From Heptranchias perlo (Eukaryota): DNA of 64,000 nt. The stretch is taken from contig NC_090332.1 in NCBI RefSeq assembly GCF_035084215.1, positions 33,480,001 to 33,544,000 of the forward strand, in the 5' to 3' direction. The position numbers were made by a program, and so were the translations under genes. The notes under the pieces were generated by a model. The model was not told the DNA's origin. It worked only from the letters and a program-made list of their open reading frames with translations, and did no database searches. Positions 26,187 through 40,495 of this stretch are shown here, piece by piece (positions within the stretch are counted from its first letter, which is position 1; every line of letters starts with the position of its first letter).

Positions 26187-28861
26187 TTTGGGTCCACTGA
26201 CATGCCAAATTGGATTTGGGCACAAGGAATGATCTTTGGGTTAGTCCATAAAATTTAGATTTTTGATCGCAGGACTCAAACAAACTAATCTGTGCATATA
26301 ATTCATTAAAATGTCTTCATTTTAAATCATTTACAACCATTATATAAGAATACGTACTATTGACCTGATTGAGGGATTCAGATGTTAAACTAGAATTAGG
26401 TTACATAAAAAGATTAAGGATACTAGTAGATCTTCCAATTTGTTCATGGTGAGTCAGAGAATTCGCAGCTTTAAAGTGGCATTTATGCCATGTAGAGAAA
26501 ACATCAAGGCCACTGATTTACAGTGACTGAAAAAGTCAAATTCCATTTTTATTGACTGGCATGGGGATTGAATTCCACAAATCTGCCCATTACTTTCTTT
26601 GTGAAAACAGTGAGCAGATATTATATCCATTTTCATTTTTAAAGCAGAAAAAATGCACCAAAATGGTGTGCAAGATGCCCCACTGGAGGTAGCTATCTGG
26701 TAGTAGTGGGGAGGGGAGGTGAGGTTTAGCTGTACTTGGGGGCAGTCCTGTGCTTTTATCGCAATGGGGTAGTCGTGGACTTGAGTATCTTAGAAGGCAG
26801 CAACACATCAGAGGACTGAAATTATGTCTGTAAACACGAAGAGAAAATTTGAGCACTTTAGCAACGTTCTATGACCTTTCAGGTGTGTTAAATCCTTTAT
26901 GAACATTACAGCTTCTTAATACATGTAGCTGTGGTGGAATTTGTTGCAGTTTCAAACCATTTTAAACTTGTTTTTTTCTGGTGGTGGATAGTAATGGACA
27001 ACAAAGTTTACTGTTTTTGGATGACAGGTTTCGGTGATTGAATCACATGAAGTGTACTGCAGTGACACTGGCTTTTATTACACTACAGGAGAATATAGCC
27101 CACATTTACTGCATTATATGTAGGACATAAAACATTTTAAAAAATCATTTAGGGTTTCTTACTAGTCTAATACACTGTTGCCAACCGTTCGCATTTTGTG
27201 GAACAATCAGCAAAAAGTGGTGCTCACGTGACCTGCTCGGCCCTTTAAATGCTGAATGATCTTCAGGACCTCAAACTGCTCCACAAGCCCTTGCACTATA
27301 TATCTCCTCTTTGAATGAGTAATGGCTCAGCACATACGCAGGAGATATATGATGCAAGGGGTTTTGAGTCAATTTCATTAATCTCCCGCACCCTTACAAA
27401 TGGAGATTGGAGGTGCAAACGGTCTCTTCCCATTCTCAGCCACCTGCCAGCTGAATATTGAGGCCTGTTGCAGGAAAAGCAAAAATTTCAAGAATATGTC
27501 CCAAATCTAGTTGTGCAGAAGGCTACATCGTTGAAAAATGTAATTATTGAATACAGATTATTGGCAACAAAAGTACCAATTAGTGGATAGATATATACAG
27601 ATAGACTTAGTACAGCTTAGCAAAGGAGGCAGATATAGAGAGACAAGAGGGGTAACTTTTATTTAATAAAGAGAATAACTGCTGTGTGATTTGGTATATT
27701 ATACGGCTGGAGAATATATTAAAGTTATGCTCTATAAATCAGTATGCTAATATGCGCAATACAGAGTACATGGCATACATTAAAGGCATGTGTAACAAAC
27801 CCATAAGATTTTGGCAAAAACCTTAAAACTTTATGCTAGTGGTTTCTATAAACGGAAAGTGTATGTGAAACGTACTGATGATTTAAGCATTAGCATATGT
27901 TATGACACTCTGATCAAAAACTTCCACCACAATCTTAAAGAAAATGAAATCACTGTCTTCTCATCAGATGAAGCCCTGACTTGTATGTACCATTTCATCT
28001 AGTCATTCAATAGAGTGCTGATGAAAGTCAACTGAACTCATGTGACAGACAGCTTTGGGAATTCAACATGCCACCTTCTAGTTTGAAGTCAGACTCTTGG
28101 TTGTCAGTTAAGTATTAGGTGCAGGGAAATAGACAGATAAATCTAGATATTCAGGAACGATTACAACCTTTTGAAACTCTGCTCTTCTCTCGGTTGACAA
28201 ATGGTTTATAAGTGGAGAAAAATCAGAGAAATTAAGGAAAAGTAGCTGAAAAGAACAAAAATGTTGAGTTCTAATTTGAAGAGGCTGTGTGCAAGGGCAA
28301 ACACGAAAATGGGAGGATAAATACTGATAAAGTGGCTTGCCAGGTTAAATGCAATGCATTGCAAAGATAATTTCCTTTGCTTCTCTTCTGTTGCCTAGAT
28401 TCCTGTAGAGCTGAGAATCTGAAGGTAGAATAAGGGCATCCAATAGGGCCTGATAAGTTCCTATTTTTGACTTTAAATCTTAGTTACACCCAATTACACT
28501 ATTTATTACCAAATACTTCGAATTATACACTGCTTGGGGATGGCTCTCCTCTCCAATCAATCAGTGAATCGCGATGTTATTGAAATTCATCTGCTGTAAT
28601 GAGTTTCCAGGGCACCAAGCAATCGGAAGTGACTCTTTGGCAACACCAGATAACCACAGCAGCAAATAATAACAAACAACCATCAACTGCTCCATATGGA
28701 GACAGGAGCTTGGCTCCCACAGTGGGTGGGTTGGCAATTATAAACACTGGGTACAATCTTCTAGGATCTCAAAATTACCCATTAGGCAAACTAATTAAAA
28801 TGAAAACCAGTTTAAAACTCAATTTTTTTTTAAATGTTTAACCGGATTTTAAATCTTACTG

Positions 28862-29033
28862 AATATATTTAAGAAGGAGCTAGATAGATTTCTAGACACA
28901 AAAGGCATCAAGGGGTATGGGGAGGGAGCGGGAATATGGTATTGAGATAGAGGATCAGCCATGATCATATTGAATGGCGCAGCAGGCTCGAAGGCCCGAA
29001 TGGCCTACTCCTCCTCCTATTTTCTATGTTTCT
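28862..29033 (+). mobile_element. CR1 LINE 3' fragment
   Basis: FKKELDRFL, gatcagccatgatc, tail tcctatttctatgtttcta. Confidence 0.85.
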
Positions 29034-30261
29034 AAATATAACTAAGTTTTGACTAGGGGAATTGTTCAGCAGGTAGGACTGCTGCCACCTTTGACATCTT
29101 CAAAAAAACCAATGGCCGAATCTCAATACACTTCAAAGTACTGAAAAATGCACCAAAAAAGTCAAAAATCAAAATTTTCTGAAGATTGTATACCCAGTGT
29201 CCATCCTCCCCCACCCCAAAAATTAATTTTGCACCATCAGAGGTTATTCCCCCTTCAAAAATGTTTAAATCCACCACTGCAAAAATTGCACCTTTATATA
29301 CTTTAATGTTTTTTTTCCATCCGTAATACAACTGATGAAATACTGGGCTCAGTTGCAGTTTAAGTTATGACAACTCCGCTCCCATTGTAACTAATTTTTT
29401 TCATAGGTAATACATGAGGCTATTGTGTTTCAGTTTTTAACAGAAAAATAAACTGAATTGCAGATTGTGATCACAAAACACCAATAAAAATTCTGAAATT
29501 CGATGTATTAAAAAGGAGTTTAACTTATTAAGTCACCTTAAAGCAACGACCTTGGACATTAGCCTTTGTTTAGGTTTTTTCCTCGCTGTACACTGTTTTT
29601 TTTGAGTTGACCGCTTTTCTGAAGCTGTCAGCTTTTCAAGTTTTGTAGCTTGGCACGTACGCTCATAAAAGAGACAAGCTATTAGCAGTCGGATCTGAAG
29701 AACAGACTGCAGATTCCCCAGCATGTGCACCACACAATATGACCAGCAACAATATAGTTATCTTTGCTCCAGCAGTCACTTTTACTAGTTCGAATTCTGA
29801 AAACAAAGATCAGCCTGTTCTGTGAGCTACAGTACAAGGCCAAACACACATAACTCACTGATTATGGGCTCTTTACTGCCATCCACAGGAGTATATGGCT
29901 CAATGCACACATCTCTGAACAGTGAGACATGTGGCAAAAAGCAAGATTATTCTGCAGAACCTCATTGTTTCCAATGGCAACACTTTTCCTTTTCTAGTGG
30001 TTAAGGTGTAACCTTCAGTATATTATTACTGTTGCTTTTTAGAATAACTCAAACTCCTCTCTCGACTCAGGCACTTACAGTTGCAATGGGAAAACAAAAA
30101 TGAATTTAATATAGAAGCATGGATGTAAAGGGTGCAAACTATAACACCCATAGCTTCCGTGTCATTTCTTTAACATATTTTACTATAAAATACATTCCAA
30201 AAGAGAATAGGATCCAGAATTGCTGCAGTTTAACCTCTGAAAGCACAATGCAAAGATTTGA

Positions 30262-30694
30262 TTACACAAATTGGGGTTGTATTCTCTAGGGTTTCGAAGG
30301 TTAAGGGGTGAACTGATCGAAGTTTATAAGATATTAAGGGGAACAGATAGGGTGGATAGAGAGAAACTATTTCCGCTGGTTGGGGATTTTAGGAGTGGCG
30401 GCACAGTCTAAAAATTAGAGCCAGGCCTTTCAGGAGCGAGATTAGAAAACATTTCTACACACAAAGGGTGGTAGAAGTTTGGAGCTCTCTTCCGCAAACA
30501 GCAATTGATACTAGCTCAATTACTAAATTTAAATCTGAGATAGATAGCTTTTTGGCAACCAAAGGTATTAAGGGATATGGGCCAAAGGCAGGTATATGGA
30601 GTTAGATCACAGATCAGCCATGATCTTATCAAATGGCGGAGCAGGCACGAGGGGCTGAATGGCCTACTCCTGTTCCTATGTTCCTATGTTCCTA
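30262..30694 (+). mobile_element. CR1 LINE 3' fragment
   Basis: LGLYSLGFRRLRGELIEVYKIL and a tail gttcctatgttcctatgttccta. Confidence 0.9.
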
Positions 30695-30990
30695 AGCCAC
30701 CAAATCAAGGTTAGATGCTTAGGCTGGTGAATACTCACATGCCAATCAAGGGTGCAGTCTGTCCAAGCCACGGAAAGGTGAACCATTTTGCAAAAGTTTG
30801 CAGATGATGATACCAAATATATCTTTGTGGCATCCCATAATGAGCCATAGTATCACATGCAACTAGCCAGGCCTAAACAGTTAATACTGCTATAAGAATA
30901 TCTCCTAGAAGTCCTAGTCCATTCCATTGTGTCAGGAGATGTGGTGCTAATAACTCAAACAAGCTACCATCCATTAAAACACCACTCAAT

Positions 30991-31115
30991 GGGGATAATT
31001 TTCACCTTCACCCCATGGGTGGTATCTGCGATAAAAATCAGGTGGGTTCTGCAAAGGGTTGGAAATCTTCTCTGCCAGGTTACAACCCAGGCATTGAAGG
31101 TAAAAAATTAACCCC
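30991..31115. mobile_element. 125-bp Harbinger-type MITE
   Basis: Imperfect TIRs ggggataattttcaccttca / tgaaggtaaaaaattaacccc and AAT TSD. Confidence 0.7.
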
Positions 31116-31373
31116 AATCATTTCAAATTTAATATACGTGCCTTAGGTTTCCTTCGACCTCTATACGTACAGAGACAATTTCAGTCTCAGAGTCCAGACA
31201 GAAGTATAATCAGCATTTTTCATATAGTGGCACAATGTAATGATGCTTTGTTTAGCTACAACACTGAAACTGTCCTCAATCAACAAGTTGCATTTATATA
31301 GCACGTTTAACGTAATAAAATGTCCCAACATGTTCACAGGAGCATTTTCAAACAAAATTTGATAATCTTATCC

Positions 31374-31797
31374 AGCTGGGGTTGATCTCCTTAGAGCAGA
31401 GAAGGTTGCAAGGAGATTTGATAGAGGTATTCAAAATCATGAAGGGTCTAGACAGAGTACATAGAGAGAAACTGTTCCCATTGGCAGAAGGGTCAAGAAC
31501 CAGAGGACATAGATTTAAGGTGATTGGCAAAAGAACCAAAGGCGACATGAGGAAAAACGTTTTTTTAAACACAGCAAGTGGTTATGATCTGGAATGCATT
31601 GCCTAAGGGGGTGGTGGAGGCAGATTCAATTGTGGCTTCCAAAAGGGAATTGGATAAGCACTTGAAGGGAAAAACATTACAGGGCTACGGGGAAAAGGCA
31701 GGGGAGTGGGACTAGCTGGATTGCTCTTGCAGAGAGCCGGCACGGACTTGATGGGCCGAATGGCCTCCTTCCGTGCTGTAACCATTCTATGATTCTG
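31374..31797 (+). mobile_element. CR1 LINE 3' fragment
   Basis: SLEQRRLQGDLIEVFKIMKG...RTRGHRFKV and a tail attctatgattct. Confidence 0.9.
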
Positions 31798-32912
31798 TGG
31801 TCTACAATGTCACTAACAGTCATACAACTCAAATCTTGAAAGAAGTAACCTGTATTTCAAAGCATTAGCAAACTACAGAGCACTCCCAAGTGACGATCCA
31901 CATTGATTAAATAGTTTGCTTCTCTCTGCAGCCCCAAAAATGCATTCCTTTTCATGTGAAGAACAGATGCAACTAGAAGCTCTTGATATCAAGAAAGTAG
32001 ACGTCTTAGGCAAGAAAGTAATAGGCAAGACAACTTAATCTTGCCTATTATTTTGGCACCAAAACTGAAGCACCTTGGCAAGATGAGGCTATATGCTTAT
32101 ATGCATCTGCCCAATCAATCAAGTATGAGAGACACATTACCTCTATCATTGCAGAACTAAATGGTCTTCTCTAAACTAGACATTACCACATCCATCATGT
32201 ACATTAGCTTCTGGAGATACAAGTGCCTAAACTCAACACCTGCTGAATTCTTCCAGTGTGTCATCAGTGTAACAATGGTGGGTATTTTCATCTTTGACCT
32301 AAATTGGGCACAGAAATGGTGGTGTGTCTGCCCAAGGCCACAGTTGGGAGACCCAAACCATTTTCAGGTTCTAGCCTCATTTGAATGTGGATGCCATACA
32401 GAATGTCAAAAAAAAACCTTCCCTGAAAGTAGGACATATTATGCTCGTAAGGATTCTGTAACCGCATAACAGGCTCAGAGTCAATGAGGGAAAGGGGACA
32501 ATAATTACCGGAGGAGAGGAAACCAAGTGGTTAGCAGAAACATCTCTCAAGATTCTGCATGGGAAGCACCTCCTGCCTCCAAAGTTCTTAGACCGTTGAG
32601 AAAAGCAGCTGATATTTTGCACTATTTAAAGTTACTTTAAACAACTTAAATAACCAGGTTTTCCTTAAAAAGTTGGTTTGTGAGACTTTAAATTAAAAAT
32701 AAATTGATGTGGAGCAATGTAATGTTCAGTATGTTGTTACAGTTGCTTTAGGAATGTTAGCAACTCCACTCCTGGTCCAGGCTCATAGAGTTGCAGGGGA
32801 AAATAAAACTAAGTTAGTGCTGAAGCACGGAGTAAAGAACACAGGCTACAAAACTTAGACTCTGTAGTTGATTAATATTTTACAAAATGTTATACATCCC
32901 AAGTAACATTAT

Positions 32913-34925
32913 GGGCCCGATATTAGGAGGGTGGAGGGTTCGCAGCGGGGGGTCGACTGGGTAACGCGCCCAGTGAAATCGGGGTGCTCCGCGCGGAATC
33001 GCAGGCTAATTGGAGCCACTTACCTGTGCTCCCGGGTTTTGCGCTGGAAAGCTGCGCAGCGGGCGGACTGCGCATGCGCAGCATAGGCTGTCAGCTGGAG
33101 GAGCCCTATTTAAAGGGGCAGTCCTCCACTGACTGATGCTGAGGGAAATAGGAAAAATTACAGCATGGAGCAGCCAGGGGGAAGGCTGCTCCCAGGTTTA
33201 ATGATGCCTCACTCCAGCTCTTATTAGATGGGGTGAGGAGGTGGGAGGACAGAGATCTTTCCCCTGGCGGGCGGAAGGAAGCGGCCTGCCTCTGCCACTA
33301 AGAAGGCCTGGCTTGAGGTGGCACAAGAGGTCACCTGCACCACCAACATATCACGCACCTGCATACAGTGCAGGAGGTGCTTCAATGACCTAGGTAGGTC
33401 AGCCGAGGTGAGTACACTTACTCATTCCCCTACACTCCGTCTGCCACATCACCGCCCCCACCCCACATCTCCTTCTGCACTGTCAACACTACTCTGTCAC
33501 ATCACTCCTCACACCCACTCAAAGCTCATCCTCACCTTACCTGCACTTACTCACCTTGTCAGTACTCATTCCCGCCACTACCACTCAACCCAATCCTCAT
33601 ACAATCTCATGGCTCTATCTCATACTCACCCTCTCATGCATCTCTTTCACGGTCAGCCTCACTCAACCTGCAGCCACAGGGCATGCATCACATATGTGCA
33701 GTAGGAAGCATAAGGCAAACGTGTCGTGAGCATGAAGGGAATGCACAAAGGTGTTTGAGGGTTTGTCATGGTGTTTACCTATATTTAATTTCTGATCAAC
33801 TCACATTACATATTATATTGTCACCACTACTGCCACATCTTTGCGAATCTTGTCTGGTTTGTGCAATAATGCCCTTTCCTGAGGATCACTATGAGGACCC
33901 ATAACTGATGCCACCCATTGTGTCACTGCAGAGTGGGTGTAGATGTTTTTGCAGGGCTCTTCTGTGCAGATGACTGAGAGACATCGGCGATGTCCCCGGT
34001 CGCACCCTGGAAGGATGCGGAGGAGAAGTTGTTGAGGGCAGTGGTGACTTTGACAGCGACAGGTGAGAAAATGGTGCTCAGGCCAGCCGGGAGCAGCTTG
34101 GCATGAAGGAGGCTGCAGATGTCCACGACTACATGTCGAGTGACTCTGAGCCTCCGTGTGCACTGCTGGTCAGAGAGTTCCAGGAAGCTGAGCCTCGGTC
34201 TGAAGACCCTGTGGCGAGGATAGTGCCTTCTGCGACGCATCTCTCTCTGCAGTTGCCCTCCCTCCTGCTGTGCAGGTGGATGTGTCACAGCACTGTTTTG
34301 TGGGGCTCCACATGTCAGAGGTGGACGGCGTGGCTGGCGAGGCTGTTCATCCTCGAAGGAGGTCATGACTGCAGCTACGGCGGCCCCCATCCGGAAGATG
34401 TACATTTGAGGGGGTCCACAAGGTAGGTAAATGTATCTGGACACCGGGGTAAGTGTGCAAGTTGGTGAATTTTATTGTTAGGAGGAGGCTGGTGGAGGCC
34501 AAACTTTGTCCAAAGTGACAGAGTGGCCTCCTGCAATGAGTGAGGGTCTCCCCCCGCACCTGTCAAATGGACCTTTGCAGCTGCCACAGGCTGATGGCTG
34601 CAACACGTCCATTTGAACTGGGAGTGTTCCCCAGTACGGGAAACAATCCCAGTTGTTTGCAAAATCCCACCCCTCCTAAAATATCATTTTAATCAGGTCT
34701 CTAAACAACTTGAAGTACCTAAATGATTACCTTAAGTGGCACCCCGCCGGCTTCAATTGCCGGCAGGAGTCCCACATGCGGAGGCTGCGCCGCACGTCAG
34801 TGCGTCACTGGGGAACCCGGAAGTGGGCGGGTTGGAGCCGGGCTCCGGACCCGCCCCGGGAATCCCCGATTTTCGCAGCCCCCCGCCCCAACGCACCCGC
34901 TTGGGGGTGCGAAAATATAGACCTC
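32913..34925 (+). mobile_element. Mini PIF/Harbinger element, copy 4 (type A)
   Basis: Left TIR gggcccgatattag, degenerate right TIR gaaaatatagacctc, TAT TSD. Frameshifted Myb gene on +, transposase fragment on -. Confidence 0.9.
33923..34390 (-). CDS. Truncated Harbinger transposase N-terminus (copy 4), 155 aa
   Basis: MGAAVAAVMTSFEDEQ...YPRHRVFRPRLSFLELSDQQCTRRLRVTR...PVAVKVTTALNNFSSASFQGATGDIADVSQSSAQK then SPAKTSTPTLQ*. An upstream cccctcag acceptor-like site is seen in copy 2. Confidence 0.7.
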   Translation of the reverse strand: MGAAVAAVMTSFEDEQPRQPRRPPLTCGAPQNSAVTHPPAQQEGGQLQREMRRRRHYPRHRVFRPRLSFLELSDQQCTRRLRVTRHVVVDICSLLHAKLLPAGLSTIFSPVAVKVTTALNNFSSASFQGATGDIADVSQSSAQKSPAKTSTPTLQ

Positions 34926-35224
34926 TATAGCAGTTGAGCAGAAATCATGATCCAAATAGCACCAATACATATGTAGTGCTTGGAGAAAATAAATTCTGAG
35001 CAACACCACAAACCCAAACAGGTTTACTTCTGATTTCAGCACTCTTAAAACCAACTGCTTGAGCAAAAAGAAAACTTCCAATGTTTTTGAAACAAAATGT
35101 AATTCAAATATTTACATTTGAGTCCTACAATTAAAATTTACTTTCCCGGTAGGTACTCAAAGTTACTCAACCTTCTCTCAATTGATTAAGACACTTGATC
35201 TATCTTTCTTACTATATACATGTA

Positions 35225-35405
35225 ATCAAAACAGAAATTGCTGGAAAATATGCAATGGGCCAGTCACTATGTGAAAGAGAAAAATCAGTTAATGTTTTGA
35301 GCAAGGCCCTTCATCAGAAGGATGCACTTGAATCATTAGCCTATTTATTTTAGATGAATTAGCTGTTATGTATTTCAAACATTTTCCATTTTTATTTCAA
35401 ATTTC
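35225..35405. repeat. Old degenerate palindromic element, probably Penelope-derived
   Basis: aaaacagaaattgctggaaa ... cccttcatcagaa ... tttcaaacattttccattttt, loosely self-complementary ends with an antisense CTGATGA. Confidence 0.45.
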
Positions 35406-35469
35406 GAGAATTCAGTTTTTCCTTTCCTCCATATTATATATGTACAACCATTAACGCTTAGTTATAAAC

Positions 35470-35860
35470 TGCTCAAATTTAAAATTCTCATCCTTGTCTT
35501 TAAATCCCTCCATGGCCTCATCCCTCCCTAGCATGCAACCAGACCTACAACCACCCCCCCACCACCCAAACTCTCCAGTCCTCTGACTCCAGTCCTTCGT
35601 GCCCCTCCCCCCACGGCAGCCGTGCCTTCAGCCTACTATGACCCACACTCGAGTTCTTACCGTAAGCCCCTCTGCTTCTTCGCCTCCCTCTCCTCCTTTA
35701 AGGCCCTCATTAAAACCCACCTCTTTGATCAAGCTTTTGGTCATACCCCTCCTAATCTCTCCTGCTTTGTTACAACATCCATTTTCCTGATTCCTCTGAA
35801 GCACCTTGGGATGTTTTTCTATGTGAAAGGAGCTATGTAAATGCAGGTTATTGTTATTGC
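35470..35860 (+). mobile_element. L2-clade LINE 3' end
   Basis: FKILILVFKSLHGL, FKALIKTHLFDQAF, tail aagcaccttgggatg...tatgtaaatgcaggttattgttattg. Confidence 0.8.
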
Positions 35861-36244
35861 TCACCTGCAGTCATTTTTGAAGCAATAAGAATTTTTTTTA
35901 AAAGTTTTACTATAAACCAAAAATAGAAAAAAAATCCCCTCAGAAAAATGTCTATAGAAAATGTTGTGAGCATCATTCAAAAAGCAATTAAAGTAAAGAG
36001 CCTGTAGAATGGCATATTTGAACTTTAGAATGTACAAGGAAAGGTCAGAGGCGCAATGACATAGCATTTGTTTATTTGCATGCAGGTGCCTTGTCTAGCT
36101 CACCACATATTCTAGGGGAACAGGATTCTGATAAGAAAATCACCAGGATCAAGTGTCATAGTATATTCAAACTAAGTTACTGTGGTGCAAATTAATGTTC
36201 ACCTATGCTACATTTACAGGCACATAGCTCGAGGCACCCACAGC

Positions 36245-36575
36245 TCCTGGCTTAGTGGATAATGCACCACATGACATGGTACGAAGTCATACAGATCAGA
36301 GGCTCCAGATTCAATTCCTGGTCTGTGCTGAATTGGTTGATCTTGACCAGGAAATCATTTGGAGCACTACACTTGGCCTTAGCACCTTTGGGCTAGCTAG
36401 GAATGGAAGGAAAGGAATCAGCTAGTGTTCCAACTCCAAATTGCTTTCCAGTGACTTGTGGATGTTGGATAAGGGCAGGGCTGAGCTTGCCTGTGATTCT
36501 CTCCATAGTCAAATAGCCTGCTAACACTCACCGTCTAGGCTCACAGTTCAAGGATGACCATTTAGGCAAGGTATC
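36245..36575 (+). mobile_element. tRNA-derived SINE
   Basis: A-box-like tggcttagtgg and B-box-like gattcaattcc. Homologous to 51790-51995 plus 54090-54195, which is split by copy 6. Confidence 0.55.
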
Positions 36576-37899
36576 TATATAACTAACTTACACAGTGAGC
36601 CATTGAGAGCTGTTGCTTGTTTAAAGAATATTAACTAGAAACTAAGAAATGTCCTCGGATTATGTTAAAGTTTGTATAACTACTTTTTTTTTTACTATTC
36701 ACCACCTGAAATGTACAGAAACCAATATCCACGTAGATCTTGGGACAACAGACTTGTAAGCTTTAAAGGAATTAGCTCTCAAAGCAAAATGAACCGGTAT
36801 TATATTGGTTCCAAATGTTGCTGTTTTTATCCCCCTACAAACCTAGTATTTTGCAGCAAACACAGACAGAACAGAAACAAGGTCTTTGAAATCATCTCAG
36901 GGAGTAGCTGTGATGGTGGGATTGAAGTAAATGTATGATAGGATAAAATCAGCTGGGGACACATTTGGACAAAAGCCTCCTAATGGCAACCTTTGTTGTT
37001 TCTGTAACCATTCGCTTACATTAGCGTCTGTGCAGCTGCAACTCATATGGTTTCACTTGAATGAAAATATTAAGGCAAGAAACCACCCGCTTATTTTATT
37101 TTCATTCAACTTTACTGTAATTATTTTGTAAACTGCGTGCACAACAATACACTAAACATCTGGAGAAGCAGGTAATTAACGTGTCATACCAAATTAACAC
37201 ATTTAATACTAAGCCCATGCATGCGATCATAATTATAGCTGTTTTCTTCTAAATGATGATACTGTAGCTTAATGTTTAATATAGTGTGCAAATAGTGATT
37301 TTGTGCGTATTCAGTACAAAAAAGGGCAGCCATAACTTGCCATGGTTCAACTAATGCAGTTCTCTCACAACTCAAGTTTCACAAAGTGCACACAACAATG
37401 TTTCCCTCTGTCATTACTACATGCAGAATTACTAAAAGCTCCAGTAAATTCTATGAAAATGTTCCCATTTACTTCCAAGCAGTTATACTAATGATTACAA
37501 TTAGTCTATTAATTGAAAAACATTTTCTGAAATGTACTGTACTGCCTGGTGCTCCTGCTAAAATTGACTCATTTGGTTCATTTATGTGCAGAGTAAGATC
37601 ATATTTGCATACTGCAACAGTATATTTAAATCAACTTTTAGGAACCACAATCAGATATTCTATTTGCAAGGGAAATAAAAGTATCTCAGTCATTTTTTCT
37701 TGGACATGCAAAAATACATTAATGTAGAACATAAATCTTTTTGATTTCTATGAACCAGTCTATTAAAGAGTGGCATATCTATGCTAGTGTTGTGTAACAC
37801 ATTTTGCTATATTTACTCTTTTATATAATGTGACTTATGCAACTATAATTTAATTGAAAAAAATAAACACACATGAAAATGCGACAACCATATTACGAA

Positions 37900-38240
37900 A
37901 CTGTCTCACTCCACCCTACCTCTGCAACCTCTACATCACAGCTCTTGCACTCTGCTCCAGTCTACTGTGCACACCCCCCTCCCTCTGCTCCACCGTCATT
38001 GGCATAGCCTTCAGCCATCATGGCTCCCCATGCTGGAATTTTCTATCAAAGCTCTTCCATCTTGCTAATTCTCCCTACCTTCTCAGGCCCCTTCAAAACC
38101 TCCCCCTTCGATCTCACCTTCAGACACCTCTTATTCTCTTCTCCCACCACTTGCTCAGTGTACAAATTTTCCCTTCACTCTTGTGAAGAGCCTTGGGATG
38201 TTCTGCTTGTAAAGGTGCTATGTAATTGTAAGTTGCTGCT
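37900..38240 (+). mobile_element. L2-clade LINE 3' end
   Basis: AFSH...WN.L and tail ttgtgaagagccttgggatgtt...gtgctatgtaattgtaagttgctgct. Confidence 0.7.
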
Positions 38241-39564
38241 ACTTATGCTGTGGAACAAAGCTTTCCTTGATAGCCATAATCAACATGTGGCTGCATTTTT
38301 ATGTGCAGTCCAACTGAGCAACCAAGTCTGCCTGAAAACTCCCCATTACAATGGCTACCCCATTAAATGAACTAAATTCCCAATTTGTTGTATTTTAATC
38401 ACACTAAATATTGCTGGTGAGTTATGGTTATCCAAATGTTGGATGTGCTATGGATTGGGGGAGCATTACAGCTGAACCCAATTCTATCCTCACCTGACAT
38501 TTATTTGGGGGTGTAGTACGCAAAATCGATCGGAGTTCAGGTGCTGTGGTGAGGAACTGAGCTGAAGCTCAGTGCTTCCCCACTGGGTGTAGAAGAATTC
38601 TGAAGGGGAGAAAAATATCACCTGTGATAATTCCCACACAGCTCCCAGCAGTTGCTGTTCCAGAGCAACATTAGCAAAAGGAACAGGCTACTAAACAACT
38701 AAATGAGGAACTGTGTTTAGCACTGACAGCGGGCACACAATAAGGGAAAATGATACAAAATTTCTTTCCAAATCCCAAAATCAGTCAAGCAAACCCCTAC
38801 AATTCACAAGACATTTCCATGAACCCAGCAACAAAGGAACCACCATTTTCCATGGAATATGTGATCATCTACCCATATCTAAATCACACTCAAAAACAGA
38901 CATCTACCTAGCTCAATTTTGAAGGAGTCAATCCAGACACTGTTAACTGTTTTTGTTGAAAGACTGCTAGGTCATAATATTTGACAGGTAGAAATTATTT
39001 ATGCTTTTGGTTTGACTTTCTGCTTATTAACTTCTCTATGTTTTGGCCCATAAAAATGGACATCGTATGCAGCCCTGTTAACACTAAGGTGATTTATATC
39101 CCACTTACTTTAAGGCTCACAACAGCCCAAAGTTAACAACAAAGTCATGAAGGCAGGTTTGATGATGCACACACCAATTCCAACAACAGCATAAATGCTT
39201 GCTGCTATGGGCAAATCAGGTTTTGGATTGCAGCATGTTAGCCAGCAGAACTGTTAAGCATAGGCTTTTTGGCCGTGCCCAATGGTCCTCCAGTGGTTGA
39301 GAGGTAGACTGGGCCCAAAACATGCTCGGGCACATGCTCTGCCGCATCCCTGCCTCCCTCCCTTTTCCAAAGGGCTGTTCCGGTGACATAAAATGTGAGT
39401 AACCATATGCAGGCAGGCACATGTAAGACCCTTCCTTTAAACCCACCTCTTCAACCCTCCTAATTTCCACTTTTTTGGCCTGTAATCCTCATGCCTTTGT
39501 GAAGCGCCTTACGATTTTTTCTATGTTAAAAGATACTACATAAATGCAAATTGTTGTTGTTGTT

Positions 39565-40390
39565 GTGATGTAAGATGGGCAGTCTTGCAGCAGAGAGATG
39601 TTCATGGGACCAAGAGAAGTGGTGGAGAGGCAGTATTAAGTATCATCAGCATACAAATGGAAGCTCACCCCATGCCTGTGGATGATGTCACCCAGGAACT
39701 GCATGGCTGCAAAAACAGATTATTGGGGTCTCCTGAGATTACAGTGTGGGAGTGGGAAGAGAAGTCATTACTGACAATGTTCTTTCTACTTTAGACAGGT
39801 TGGAGTGGAACTAAACAAGGGCAGTTCCATGGAAGAGGACAATGGAGGCAAGGTGATGGTGGAGGTAAATATGTGGAACCATATTAAATGCTTTGAAGAG
39901 GTCAAAGGGGACAAGGAGTGATAATGGACCATGGTTGCAGTCACATAGGATGTCATTCATGTCTTCAGGGCAGTCTCACTGCTATGAGCAGGGCAGAAGC
40001 CAGATTGGAGAAATTTGAACAGCGGTTTTTGGGAAAGATGGGTAAGGAGTTGGGAAACGACAACACATTCAAGAACCTTTGAGACGAAAGGGAGGTTAGA
40101 GATGGGATGGTAGTTAAAGAGGATGGATAGGTTGAAGGCAATTTTTTTTAGGATGGGAGGCAACAACAATTGTTTAGAAAGAAAGAGGGACAGTGCCTGA
40201 TGACAAGGAGCCATCAACAATGTCAGCTAACATGGGGGCCTGGAGAGGTAGTTGAGAGGGGAGAGGATCAGGGAGCATGTGGTGTGTCTCACGGAAGAGA
40301 TAAATTTGGAGAGGATAGGGGAGGAGAGATAGGAGAGAAAGTGTAGAGTGACAAGTGATTAGGACGGAGGGTGGGAGACAATGGAGCTGG
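39565..40390 (-). mobile_element. L2-clade LINE RT fragment
   Basis: ORF with NYHPISNLPFVSKVLECVV...LQSGFCPAHSSETAL. Confidence 0.8.
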
Positions 40391-40495
40391 AAGTAGGTGG
40401 GGGATGGCTGTTTTGGCTAAGAAAACAAGGCACAATAATGCCTAATCGATGCATTGCATTATGCTGGATCCAAGGTATGCCAAGATAAATATTTT

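Noticed and set aside
36245-36325. Possible tRNA gene
   Set aside because: Only degenerate A and B boxes with no cloverleaf; it continues into a SINE body.
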